A stretch of 60,041 bases of DNA, filler included, from Hausera hauseri (GCA_046269625.1; 10 parts of 10 records of this genome joined end to end with filler, not necessarily neighbours in it); one strand, 5' to 3'; positions 24,640 through 37,414 are shown, counted from the first letter of the whole stretch. Notes: generated by a model from the letters alone, not told the origin. Numbers and translations: made by a program.

Positions 24640-26575
24640 TGGTAAAAAATTAAAACAAGCCTCAGCTGGAGCACAACCTGTAGTGGTGAATGGCGTGTTG
24701 CGCCAACCGAGTAGGACAAGAGGAAGAACTGAGGTCCAGTTATGAGTGTTGTTAGCCAGGATTTTTATAGAAATCTTCATGGTACGATGAAATCTCTCGA
24801 GAAGACCATTTGCTTGGGGATGGTACAGTGTCGTATGGAGATGGGCTATCCCCAAGTGCTTTACAAAAGATTTAAAAAGAGCAGCTTCAATTTGCGGACC
24901 CTGGTCCGTTATGATGTGACTTGGTGAACCAAAACGGCTGACCCATATTTTGATAAATGCATCTGCTACTGAGTCTATGTTGGTTGGTCCAAGCGGAACG
25001 GCTTCAGGTCAGCGGGAAGCACGATTCCCCATGGATAAGATGTATTGATAAGATCGAAATGCACAGTGTCAAAACGGGACGTACAACGAAAGTGGTAAAG
25101 TGGTGGTTTTAGGTGTTTGTGAACCTTGTATTGCTGGCATGCTGTACATCCCTTGACACAGATCTGTACATCTGTATGCATTGTTGGCCATACAACGTGG
25201 CGTTGCAGTAGGAGAAATGAGACTTTTGAACCCGGATGGTAAAGAGAGTGAAAGTAGTTGAAAGCTGTCTTTTGTAGCGATGGAGCAAGAATGATCTTCT
25301 TTTTGGTCGAGTTGGAAGTGTCATAAGCGAAGCCATCGATGATTTCAACAAATTTAAAAGCTTGGAGAATGTCAGACGATGGCTGATTGCTTCTCAGGAT
25401 CTCAGAGGAGAAAAGTGGCTAAACTGTAATTAAGTTAACTAACAGCGAAAGAAAATCCGCTACTAAATTTTCGGTACCTGAAATATACTTCATGGAAAGA
25501 GTACACGTCGACAGGTATGATATCTGTTTTCTTGTCCGGGTGGTGCCTGTTTCAAAGTCATTATATGAAGTAGAGGCTTGTGGTCGGTTTGGATGGTAAA
25601 TTGACGTGAAAGAAGCAAGTGCTTGAAATGCTTTACCGCTAGAACTACAGCCAAGAGTTCACAATCGAATGTTAAACATTGACTTTCAGGTTGCGTGAGC
25701 TTTCGGGAATAGAATTCTAATAGCTCATGGACGCCATTATATATTTGATGTAATATCGCACTAGTGGTAGAGGTATCGGTAGTTAGTATGAGTTCCGCGT
25801 TGGGTTTTGGAAAAGCCAAGATTTCCACAGTTTTCAGACCTTCACGAAAGCAATAAAATTGATTTACTAGGTCGTGAGTCCAATGGATTAATTGTCTTTT
25901 CTTCCCGGATGAGAGGTGTGCGAAAGGTGCCGTTAGTTCGGAGAAATGTAGCACGTATTTATGTACGAAATGCAATGTCCCTAGAAAACTCCTCATGTCG
26001 GTAGTGGTGATAGGTAATGTAACATTTTTCAATTGTTGTAGGCGATCAGGATCGAGCGAATGACCTTCGGGAGTAATTATGTGGCCCAGGAAGTTGACGC
26101 GTTTCTGGAAGAAATTGCATTTGGCAAAATTAATTTGCAGGTTGCTTTGATGCAATCTGTGGAAAATGATTCTAAGGTGCTCATCATGTTGTTTGATCGA
26201 GGTGGAAGCGACTAATATGTAATCTATGTATGGGTGAGTAAAATCAGGACCACAAAGAACGGTGTCAATGTGGCTCTGAATGGTCTGAAATGCACTACGT
26301 AGGCCGAAAGGCATGAAGATGTACTCATAAAGGCCAAATGGTGTGATGACAGCAGCTTTTGGAATGTCATCAGGTGCAAGAGGAATTTGATGGTAGGCCT
26401 TGTGCAAATCAATAGTAGAGTAGGCATTGGAGTTATTGAGACTATGAAGAATATCCTTAATGAGTGGTAGTGGATAGGCATCTATAATAGTCAAATTGTT
26501 TAATTGTCGGTAGTCTCCACATGGCCTGTAAGTACCATCTTTCTTTACTACTACATGAAGAGGGGAGTGTGGTGC
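24640..26575 (-). pseudogene. pol: Conventional Gypsy pol (RT-RNase H-integrase), decayed
   Basis: SPLHVVVKKDGTYRPCGDYRQLN, MPFGL, YIDY (YIDD mutated), TTDTS, ELLAV, TDHKPL, C..CQ, HPQANGLLERFHRT. Confidence 0.93.
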
Positions 26576-26809
26576 CCACATCGACCGCCGCCCTCTGGCC
26601 CATTCGGTTGGGCACGGCCGGGCGTCCGCTGCTAACGCCTCGGGCCCATAGGCAGGCAATCATTCAAAACTTTTGACGAGGCATAGTGACTCGATGAAAA
26701 GTTTTAAATCAAAGTCCCTCAAACAACAGTCGAATGCTCACTCTGTAAAAAGTTCCAACATGGCCAAATCCCAACAACTCAGTGATAACATCCGAACTCG
26801 AAATATATT

Positions 26810-27078
26810 ACACAATCGTAGGCGTTGTTGGCGGTGCATACAGCAGTGAAACATTGGTCATGTCGAAATATTTGCAGAACTCAAAAATTCCACAGATTTC
26901 CGGTCATTCAACATCGGATGAATTCACGGGTAACATGAACAATCCATTTCTGTTGAGACTCGTTTCATCCGGCAACTACCAAGCAAGTGCATTACTGGAA
27001 TTTGTCAAATTGTTAAAAATTCGGCATATCACTATTGCGTATCAAGCCAACACGATTGAAACGGGGTTGTTAAACTGA
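26810..27078 (+). pseudogene. Class C GPCR (mGluR-like) Venus-flytrap domain fragment
   Basis: IVGVVGGAYSSET...KIPQISGHSTSDEF...FLLRLVSSGNYQASALLEFV = VIG..SS..IPQISY.STS..L..FF R.VP.D..QA.A motif. Confidence 0.75.
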
Positions 27079-27091
27079 TTTTATAACACTC

Positions 27092-27895
27092 ATGAGTAAA
27101 ATGACCAAAATGAATAGTGTCTTTCCGTTGGAGATTTTGAGACATTTTTCTTGTTTCACGAAGCGTTTGCTTATGTTTTGTTTTTGCTTCGGCTTCATTG
27201 CTTTAATTATATGCCTAAACTTTGTGCACTGTCGAAAATTAATTAAGGTCCATACAATTGTACGACACGGTGAAAGAAGTCCATGTTTTTCCTATGAAGA
27301 CGATCCATATCGACATTTATTGGAACGAAGTTTAGGCCAATTGACAGACAAAGGTATAAATCAATTAAAGGAAGTTGGAAAGTTTATTATACAAGAATAT
27401 GATGAATTAATTCCAGCTATTTTTCACAAAAAAACAAGTTTACATCAGAAGTTCGGATACTGACAACTATAATAAGTGCAATTGCAGAAATAAGCACGTA
27501 ATTTGAAAACCAAATAGTGCCCGTCCATTCCGTTTTGAAGTCTTTGGATTATGAGCTAAAAATGACGAGCTATTGCCCAAAACATAAAAATCTCTCGTCC
27601 CATGAATACAAATCCGACAAATATAAGAAAATCATAGAATGACTTCAGCCTCTTTTCTATTTCAAAAAGCTAAGAAAGGGCACGAATTTAAACCGACTCA
27701 ACTTGAAAATGGCTTTGCTCATACAGTACAATATCAGCGTTTCTCGGTCATCTTGATGCATTCAACAATTTGAAACCGCCATTGGCAACGGCTGTCATTT
27801 TGAAATTTAATCATGATCCAACATCAGATTCTGATGATATATTCAGTGTTAGATTGTTACTAAGAAACGAAACAAACAGATCGCCGTTTGTCTTG
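27092..27895 (+). pseudogene. Secreted histidine acid phosphatase (ACP2/ACPP-like), intronless, frameshifted and internally deleted
   Basis: Hydrophobic N-terminal segment, RHGERSP catalytic motif, GQLTDKG..Q..G; downstream PVHSV, CPK, FAH, KPP, RNET segments. Confidence 0.8.
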
Positions 27896-28049
27896 NNNNN
27901 NNNNNNNNNNNNNNNNNNNNNNNNNNNNNNNNNNNNNNNTTAATTAATTAANNNNNNNNNNNNNNNNNNNNNNNNNNNNNNNNNNNNNNNNNNNNTTTTA
28001 TAGTTACAGCCTGAAATACAATTCCGAGCATTAGATCTAAATTTTGCAT

Positions 28050-28800
28050 GATAGATGCAAACTATGTTATCTCAGTGTAGATTCGGCGAATAATATCTAC
28101 ATCCTAAACAGCATTTATTTGCTTTGTTATTAAATTTGTTGTGGTAATAACATATAAATGACCGCGTTGGTGACGGTATTCAATTTCTGGAAATAGGACG
28201 CATTTGATGAGGCGAGGAAGCATTCTGTCGATGTAAGGAAAGGTCATTCAGCTTATCATTGATGGTGTTTATTGTATGTTATAGTGCCGCATTTTCGGCG
28301 CGTAAATGGTTCAATTAATGTTCGATAGATGTATGTCGTTGATTGTCATCGGTCTTAATAGCGGCTGATATGAGGGGTTGTGATTGGATTTGTAAGACTT
28401 CGTGTGCGTTATCGGCCAATTCAGCTAGTTTATCTAAAGCTGTAGAATCTTCAACTAAGGTAAATAAAGCCCTAATTTGAATGGGTAAAGCATTAAGGAA
28501 ATACCGTCGAAGTAAATCCGGGTTGTGTTCCTTGGTCACTGCTAGAGTACGTAAATGAGCCAATGAGGTACGTAGGAAATCACTAGGTTTTTGTGTCCTC
28601 ATTGCATTTTCATTAAAGAAGTGTTGTATTATCGAATCAATTGATGGTTCTGTCAGTTTTAGTACAGCATTGAACAATTGCGTATAACGGTCAGGGTGTT
28701 GAAAGATGTCCAATAAGTTATGGATTGAGGCCTTTATGGAGGTTGGTAGAAGGTAGAGTAGAGCCACATTTTTCTAGAATTTTCGTTGTCTATAAAGTAT
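28050..28800 (-). pseudogene. gag: Gypsy gag fragment (conventional family)
   Basis: Y..L..AVL..., QKPSDFLR, LLRRYFLNALP.QIRAL..LDKLAELAD; degenerate CIYHAKF..A.NC near 28020-28060. Confidence 0.7.
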
Positions 28801-29149
28801 TCAGAGCAATGTGGGAGTGTAATTGTAAGATTTTTGTGAAAAGAGTTAGTATCGGTTGAAGTAGGTGGATGGTTTGATTTGGGATAGTAGAGAATGGATT
28901 TGAGTTTTGTGGTCAACTTATCTGTGATGTCACCGGTTGGTGAAGAAATAATACCGCCGCGGACTCTAGGATGGATATGAATACATAGGTAGTAATGTGA
29001 GGACATGATATGTGGTGGATCAGTTAAAATGAAACCATTGTCAATCAAATAGAAATCGTTGATGGCGGTGGTATTATGAATGAGGGCATATAAGTGTAAT
29101 GTGTCGATACGTTGCGTAATGTGTACGGTCTTTATTAAGTCATTATTGA

Positions 29150-32100
29150 CAAAAAGGTAGAAGGAAAACGGTGGTGAGACGGCAAACCAGGTAATGTGGT
29201 ATCTCGTCGAAATTATCGTCGTTCGTTTGCGCGGATATGCTTGTTCCGTCGGCTGCTAAAGAATTGGGTATTGATGTCTATACATTGTATAGAATTTCAT
29301 CCGAAATAAATCAGCTTTTTCTGATATTTCCGCTGACCGTTAGCAAATGAGAATCGATGGATCCGCCGGTCTCGTTCTGCTGTGATGCAACGGAATCACC
29401 GGCGATGTTCTGGCTGCCGGGATTTAACTCGTACTGTCCGTAAGAAGAGCCATTTTGTGATGGGGAAGGCAATTGATGCGAAGAAGATGGCGTAAACATG
29501 CCGTACATAGCGGAATCGACGGATTTCATTTTTGTGAGCACAATGTCCGCCGATGGGAAATTGCAGTTGGATTTGCCGACCTCGGGATTATTCCAGACTC
29601 CAAGTCTGTCTATTTCGACAGCAAGAAGTGTTAAAATAAGATTTCGCTTTTTCAAATATTGCTGCGAAAATGAATCGTAAGACCATATTGGCTGATCTTT
29701 TACCAAGTGTGGATTTCTTGGTAGATGCAACAGATGCCGCACTAGACAAACCATTATATTCTCGAAGAGTGCCTTCAGGCTTAGAATACAAACGAATCAT
29801 CGAACTGGCAGATGAATTTCCTTTCGGGAGACTACCGGGTTTTTGCGATGGAAAAAAGAGTAATTCGGATCCAAACCATTGGACATGGTTTATTTGTTAT
29901 TATAATGAAAGTATTCCAAATCTTCAATACTAGCAGATTGTGCTAAATATTTCTTTTCTGATCGCATTGCATTTCAAAAATAAATGACCGTTGCTATGTC
30001 ACCCTTTAAGTCAGCAGATTTTTGAGGGGTATATCGTGGTTGATTGCAAAAATATTCAAAAGTCGCCGTATAAAGCTTTACTCTGAGAACAGTTTTGCTC
30101 ATAGAATTATCCTGCATGTGTTGAAGAATTGACAGCCCCATACTTAAAGGTCGGAATCGAACACCAAGTGCACTTGACGATTTCGAAAGTCCGGAAGATT
30201 TGCTTAAAGATCTCAATACAAGACTGGACAAAATCTCAACTTGTTGTTCACTGCTTTTGTCCCTATCTTGTGTGGCATGGTATTACAAATATTTGGACGC
30301 ATTTTAAAGTCTTCTCCAACAATTAACATGCTGCATTCTTCAACATCCGGTGCAAAAGCGCCTATTTTATTATCAACTGTTCGATGCCATGCACTGTTCA
30401 TTTCACAAATGAATATTAAAATTATATTGCTTTTAATATGGGCTGTGAAGTGATTATACGGCGCCCAGCACAATTCGTGTAACAATTTTCGGCTTACAGG
30501 ATTTGGTGATATAACCATAAGTGCACAAATTCTGAACAGATCTGAATTCGACCAAGTTTTTGTTTATAATTTCTTTTCTCTGTCATTGATAGATCGTTTG
30601 TTTAACCACTGTTGCTTATTTCTTCGGCTGTCGAACAAGCTTTCTTTAGATAGTTGATTAGATGATTGGTCATTGTATCAATGTTATCAAAGGCATCCAA
30701 CATTCCATGAACCTTCTCCCAGATAACGACTTCTCAGGTTTAAATTAGCCATAAAATTCGATGAATCCAATTTGAAAGATTCGGTAAATCTGATCTGAGA
30801 TAAACTACTAGTAATGTTTGTAAGGCTGGCATTAGTCTTATATCCAGCAAAAATTAAAACAGCCTGTGTCGCAATAGCCAATCCAATGTGTTGGCCAAAA
30901 TTTTCCACCGAATTCTCAAGTTTGAGAATATACTGAATCAAATGAGATCTGACGACATTCGGAACCCAATGCATGGCAACGTCAGGAATCGATTTACAAT
31001 TCTTAACGAAATCGTTCAAAATCTCCTCACGCACTTGAATATCGTCGACAATGTACAGTTTGAAATTCGTTCTCCGCACATCGTAAATTGGTGCCGAATG
31101 GTTGGAGTCAACATTCAGCTCCTTCTGCAAGAGTTGACTGATATCCAACATAGTACATAGAACTGTACCACTCCTAATTATGTGTTGAAACGCTTTGTTG
31201 AGATCCGTAGAAAACTGATCAGCTATAATTCGAACTCATTTTTGAACATGGTTAAATTTTACCAATAAAAATTGTGCGTGCATATCAATTATTCTTTCTC
31301 GTTCATAATTCAATCGTGTCTTCATTCTTTTTATATAGTTTTCGTAGACTTTCGAGCCAATTTGTATAATACAAGTCCACATTCCTGATTTGTCTTTCAT
31401 GATATTTCCATCCTCAATATATTTAAATATTCGATGCCTAACTAGCGGATCTTTCGAATGTTCCACGCATAACGATTCGAAACGGTAGGCAGCCATTAAA
31501 AATGCAATTTGAATTATGCTCATTCTTGCAAGTAACGGCGAAACTTCAGCGGAATTTCCAATGAGTTGAATCACTTTTGTTTTCATGTCATGGACTTCCG
31601 TTTGATTTAAAGTATTGGACAAAAATTCCGACTTATTCTCCAATTCGTACAAAAGTGGCTGAGGCGACAAAAAATCGGGCGCTTCTGCCGCTATTTTACA
31701 GACCCATTCATACCATTTTTGCGGCCACATTTTTGTATGGGTATCGGCAAATCCCATTATGATAATGTACTGCCAAAAATCGCGAAATTTCTTTTGCGAA
31801 CGTTTGTGCAGTTCAATTTTTGTCAATCGTCGTAACAGGATTGCTATTACGGGTATCATTTCACCCAACGTTCCAGCAATTGAATTCTTTATATTCGTTT
31901 TAACAGCCCGTCTGGCTTCAAGATTAAGATAAAAATAATGATGAAGCGATCTTAAAATCATGTCTATGATGGCTTCATTCCCTTGAATCTTTGTTGCAAA
32001 ATTTCCAAGGGTATTGACAATAGATTGAGACAAGTATCTGAAATGAGATTCTTTGGATTTAGTCTGTGTAGTATAAGACTTATTAATCTTTACTCTAATG

Positions 32101-32680
32101 TCTGTAAATATTGTCATGATCTGCAGATAAACCGTTAGACACATATTGGGCTCTGGGTTTTTAATAGTACATCCCGCAATTATGATATTGCCTAATTGTT
32201 CGATTATCTTTTCACCTAATGCGGACAGGAGATTAATTAATTGAAGACTTTGTTGAAAGAACTGTAATACTGATTCTTGAGTTCTTGGTATGTCCTTCAA
32301 CAAGACACTCATGTTGCTCAGAGTAAATACGGTATTGAAATACATCAGTGTTGTGTCCTTATCCAATATTTTAGCAGCATATATACATCCTTAGTCTAAA
32401 TGACTATCACTTTCAACGGCATTAAAGAATCGTTTTGACAAATCAGTTAAGAAATTCTGTATATAGCTAGAGTCTATCGTTAATATTTTGCGCATACTCG
32501 CGATGGCGATGTCTCTAATCTTTTCAAAAATCATCATATATCTCAGTTATTTAATATATCTATTTCCAAGTGTACCAGTCTCTTTCGAATTCAGATTTTC
32601 AGACGGTTTAGCCAAACATTCAGGTTTATTTGTTGCTATCTGACACCATTGTAAATTTGCAAGTTTAAATAAATCCATCT
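29150..32680 (-). pseudogene. PI4KA: Phosphatidylinositol 4-kinase alpha, intronless N-terminal/middle portion with stops, frameshifts and deletions; kinase domain absent
   Basis: KKFRDFW, DKSGMW.C, HAQFLLVKFNH, SGTVL.TMLDI, SNFMANLNLRSRY.GE, LLHELCWAP, LR.K.Y...F.YF, KKRNLILTLLAVEIDRL..W.NP follow PI4KA order. Confidence 0.9.
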
Positions 32681-33973
32681 TTGAACAAAAAGAAAACAAT
32701 TGAAATATAGCCACTAATTCTATATATATTTGTTTAGGTTCAAATTAAAAAAATCAATTATAATTTTTGATCAATTATGTACAGTTGTATATGGTTTATG
32801 TAGTTAAATATACTATGTGTAATCCATAGTGGAATAATCCACCATGGAATTCTGCTGAGTAAAATGTTGGCTAGTCGCATGACATCAGCCCGAGAATTTC
32901 GCAATGACGAGTTCTCAAAATTCGCTGAATATCTTTGTTTTGGCAGAATAATATAGATAAACAACAATTAATTTTGACAATTAGGACATTGATTTATGTA
33001 TTTTAGTGTACCATTAAGTAGCCATTTTCAAACGTAACTGTTAAATTTATTATAACTTCATTATTTTGAGCAAAGAGATCAACAATATGTTTTTGACTGT
33101 AAACTNNNNNNNNNNNNNNNNNNNNNNNNNNNNNNNNNNNNNNNNNNNNTTAATTAATTAANNNNNNNNNNNNNNNNNNNNNNNNNNNNNNNNNNNNNNN
33201 NNNNNATATATGCATTGTTAAATATAGGCAATTTTCATGATACAATTTCTTAATTTTTTTTCTCCAGAACTCTTCTTCTTCATTGCTCTATCTCTATGAG
33301 ATGACAGTAACAAATCTGACAGTGTTTATCTTTATTTTATATAAGGTCTATCGATTGAATTTTCCACAAAAAATTTCAAGGAGTCGATACTATTAAAGTT
33401 AATGAGTTAAGTGGCGATTTTAAGCATACGGCCGACTTTGACAAAACTAATTTTTTTTAAAACTGGCACTACAAGGTAGGTTCCAAGTTTAGTGTTTTCC
33501 CATACATAGGTGTTTTCGAATACCTCTCTAACCGGGGAAAGTTTAACGAAGAACATGGCCTACTTTATAATCTTTTCACTGTAATATTCTGTAATTACTA
33601 ACATTCTTGGAAAATCTTGATCTGTCTTAAAATGTGCGTCCTCTTTCCTTCTTTTTCCTATTAAGGCGTTAATTTCTGTTACCATGGGACTCCTAATCCC
33701 CTTTTAATTGGTTCTGTATTCTAAGAGGTACTCGGTTGATTCTGCTGGCTTCCCGCCCTCTGTCCTTCATCTGTCTTACGCCTTTTAAATAAATAGTTGT
33801 AGATGGATAATGTTTTTCTGGCTTGGGGTTTCTCTTCCAATTTCATCTTTTTAGTTATATTTCTGACCTTGCTTCTTCTCTTCGTTCTTCTGGAGACCTT
33901 GAGGATCCTTGCAGTGTCTTCTCTTTTACCTTGATCATCCGTAATCCTGTTTTGTCCTTTGGTTTTGGTTTTG

Positions 33974-34663
33974 TTACTGATATCTTGAGGCCGTGTTTGC
34001 CTGCTGGTTGAATGGTTTCATTGGGGAATAAGGTTTTATGTTTCTCTTATATTTACCGTCTATTTGTTCAGGGTTTATAAAGTTTCGTAGATTGTATATA
34101 GGATTTTTATAGGTCCATTTATGTTCCCACTTGAGCATTATATAAATTTCTTGTAAATATTGGGAACGTTGATTAGCTGTCAGAAGTAGAAGAATTTTAC
34201 TTCGATTGTCGCTCATCGCTTCGACGGTTATTTTAAAGAAAGCTTATGGTGCGGTTGGTCGGTTTTTTCCTTGCACGGTTTTCTCCATTCGCTTTTGAAC
34301 TACAAGATGAGTGGCTATTTCCCTAAGTCCGGCAATATTTGCGTCGGATATCCCTAATAGCCCGATTTCTCTTTTGACATTGTATCCGGTTATCATACAT
34401 CCATAAAGGCAATGTTCTAACTCCGAACGGACTTGTAAAATATCTCTTCCATTTATTAGTCGATCCTTTCTTAGGCCAGTCACTTTTGCATGTGACACCT
34501 GGACATGCTTTCGAGGGTTTATGATGGTGGAGTATAATTCGGTCCCATCTATTTCTCGAATCGATACCTCGATCGGTACTCCGTATCCATCATCTTCTCT
34601 CCCATAGTTCGTAGCTAGGATTCTTATGTTGCGACCGTCTTGGACTAATCTATACGATTTCAA
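33974..34663 (-). pseudogene. DEDDh (REX4/ISG20/DnaQ-like) exonuclease-fold protein lacking catalytic residues, carried by the LTR element
   Basis: IEVSI..DGTELYSTIINP..H.KVTGL..L.NGRDI.QVR.EL..L.G.MITGYNV..E..LL matches the DEDDh scaffold; ExoI reads ILATNYG instead of xxDxE. Confidence 0.65.
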
Positions 34664-34702
34664 ATGTTCATCTATTTCTACTTCTGTTGGAGTTTGTTCG
34701 AA

Positions 34703-35205
34703 CTATAAAACTGGCAAGCCTAAGTTGCAGCTCTCTTTGTAGGCTACTTCGAACATCAATTTAACAGGTAATACTGCTAGTCGGAATTCTAATCCGTAGT
34801 TTATAGTTTCTAAACCCTCTCCGCTTATTTTGAACATGCTGAATCGGTATTGGCGCCTTTCATTACCATCACATTGCTGGCTCTTTATTCTGTAGTAAAC
34901 TTCACCATCTGCTAGGTGGATAAATATGCCTTCTATTTGGGTGACTTTGCTTCTAATCATTTCTTTAAATTCATACGATTTGGCTTCATTGTTCTCACGC
35001 ATTGCGTATAGCAAGACTGTTAGATTTTCTTCAGTGGTACCTTTTAGATTGTTAGGTATCTCATTTACTTTCCGGTATTTGACATGTATTTCTGTCCGTA
35101 AGGCATCATTTATTCTCCGGTATATTCCCTTTGGTTTTGCAATGAGAACGGTTCCGTATCTCTGCAGGAATTCGTCGATCCTAGGTCGGCTGCTGGTACT
35201 TACCA
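34703..35205 (-). pseudogene. Unknown accessory domain of the LTR element
   Basis: Homologous to 16290-16633; follows a conserved splice-acceptor-like site at 35208-35235. Confidence 0.55.
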
Positions 35206-35279
35206 TTCTGAAAAAAAATACAAAATAAGGGTCAATCCTAAAATAAAGCATTGTTCGAAATTTGAACCAATTCTTTGTT

Positions 35280-36720
35280 TGATGGTGGAATAACCCGATC
35301 TGTCGTTGTGAGGATATTCCATCATTTATTTTATTCTGTGGTACCATCACCCTTAATTTACTCTCATAGATTTTGGGGCGTTTATTACGGCAGTTTTTGG
35401 TAATAAATCGACAAAACGCAATTAAGATTATGAGAGCGAACAATGATGTTCCAATAATCGATATTAACGACAAAGTTGTCTGTTCAGTTAAACTTTTTAT
35501 TTTAACCGTAGTTGTCATCTCATCTCCCGTTTCGTCATCAGTTAATGATTTCATTGAGACAATTTCATTTAAGGTTTGTACCGCGAACGTTCTGCTTTGT
35601 CTATTTTCAGCGTCCACTTGTACAATCTAATCCGTTTCAGGCTTCAAGTAAGTACATTTGATTCGATCATTCCCTTTTGTCAATACTACTTTCTGATTAT
35701 TATAGGATGTTCGGCAGCTTATTTTCACGTCGTAATTAAGTGCTTTTTCTACTACAAAAGTTATTTCACGCTGTTGTGTCCAGTATTTTACTGGAATTAC
35801 TTCTAGATCTTTTTGAAATAGTTTATTTGTTGAAATAGTTTTGATACGTGCCGGAATAGTAGGCTTTATTTTCGTGTTCGTTGTCATATTAAATAAGTTT
35901 GACTTAATTGAATTTCTGAGTCGGTAGCTTCCCAAATAAATATTCGACTGGTTGGTTCTGATTTAATATAAATGTAGCTGAATTCTATACTCATATTTCT
36001 GTGGTAACTTGCAACATATTGTTGGTTGTTTGACGTCGATTTGGCAGTATTGTTGATTATGAGCTTGCATTTTTCCCTTCAGAAACCGTACTGAGAGATT
36101 ACTCGACCGTTAGAAGTCCTTTTGTTTTTACTTGAACACAACTGTCCTGGGGGTTCTCTATAATACTGGCAATATTTTCTTCTAGCATCCGCTTTACTGG
36201 GTTGATGGACTGGAGCATTTCGTTAGGCTTTATCCGATGATGTTTATTCCAAGCAGGAATAACTAATTGAAATTGCGGCTTCATTTCATAGATTTCAGAT
36301 AATTTTGATGAATACAGCATATAAGTAAGGTTATAAATATGCCCGAATTCCGTAATGCAACATTTCGTATGCTCTCGGGGTCCGAAATAACAATTTCTTA
36401 TTTCTTTTGTCATTATATCATCTAGGGCAATTTGAAATCTTTCAGAATCGTAGTATATTTTCTGTATCGTAAATCCAACACATGAAAAATTCGGCGAGTA
36501 ATATTGAATTGCGATTGATTGTAATGACATGATATCTTTTTGTCTTTGAGTTTCTTCTAATATTGGTTTCTTTTCTGTTTTATTAATCTCATTCTTCTGC
36601 GTTTCGTATCCATTCTTTAAGGTGGATTTGTCATGCCACCATCCAGCTTGCGTTTTTGGTATATAGGAGGCAATTATCGATAGTGCTAGGATTATCTGAA
36701 CGTATGATATCTATCTGGTG
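35280..36720 (-). pseudogene. Post-integrase type-I membrane glycoprotein (signal peptide, Cys-rich ectodomain, TM)
   Basis: Same frame as integrase; YVQIILALSIIASYIPKTQA signal; SCV..C..CC twice; TM LSLISIIGTSLFALIILIAFC followed by basic RNKRPK. Confidence 0.7.
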
Positions 36721-36743
36721 ATGATTGACGAGGCCTTATTTTC

Positions 36744-37414
36744 TCATGGCCTTAAATTGTAATGTTTAGCTGGCCTTATATCTGTTTTAAATACTCTTTG
36801 AATTGATACTACCTCTTCTTTACCATTTTTATTGACATAAACCGTAGTTGGTGTTGTTTGGATGATTTCATGTGGTCCTCTTCCGGTACATGTTAATTTC
36901 AAGGATGTACCGTTCTTCGCGACTGGGTAGTGTATATAAACCCAATTTCCCTTTTCCAGATCATGAGGTTTAATCTTTTTATCATATTGTTTTTTAAATT
37001 GTTCTTGGTATTCCAGTGATAATATTTTCGCGACTTCCCAACATTTCTGTAATCTTGTCTGTAAAACTTCGGCAAAGTTTTGTTCTAGATCTTCGAGGTG
37101 ATTTTCATACGGCGTCATGCCTAGATCGGTAGGTAAGATTGCCTCTCGTCTATACATCATAAAGAATGGTGTAAATCCTGTTGCTGGATGTGGAGTCGTA
37201 TTAATCGCCAATTGTGTTCCTTCTAAGAATTTATCCCAATCTTTTTGATCTTTTGCCACTACTGTTGATAATATCCGAATAACTGTTGCATTCATTCGCT
37301 GGACCATTCCATTACATTGGGATGATACGCTGTAGTGGTTAAACGTTCAATTTCAAATATTTTAGTAATCTTTTCGAATAATTCGCTCGTAAAGTTCCTT
37401 CCTCTATCCGTTAA
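36744..37414 (-). pseudogene. int: Gypsy integrase C-terminal part, same family as 13850-14608
   Basis: LTDRGRNFT, TTAYH, WDKFL..QLAINTTPH.ATGFTPFFMMY, GRGPHEI, HYNLRP. Confidence 0.92.

Noticed and set aside
25490-26659. Intact 389-aa RT gene with a novel N-terminus
   Set aside because: The N-terminal ~28 aa come from an unrelated GC-rich insert and the catalytic YIDD is mutated to YIDY.
29974-31238. TGA reassignment (alternative genetic code) suggested by many in-frame TGAs
   Set aside because: In PI4KA, TGA aligns to Arg at 31236 but Trp at 29974, and TAA/TAG stops and frameshifts also occur; mutational decay explains this better.
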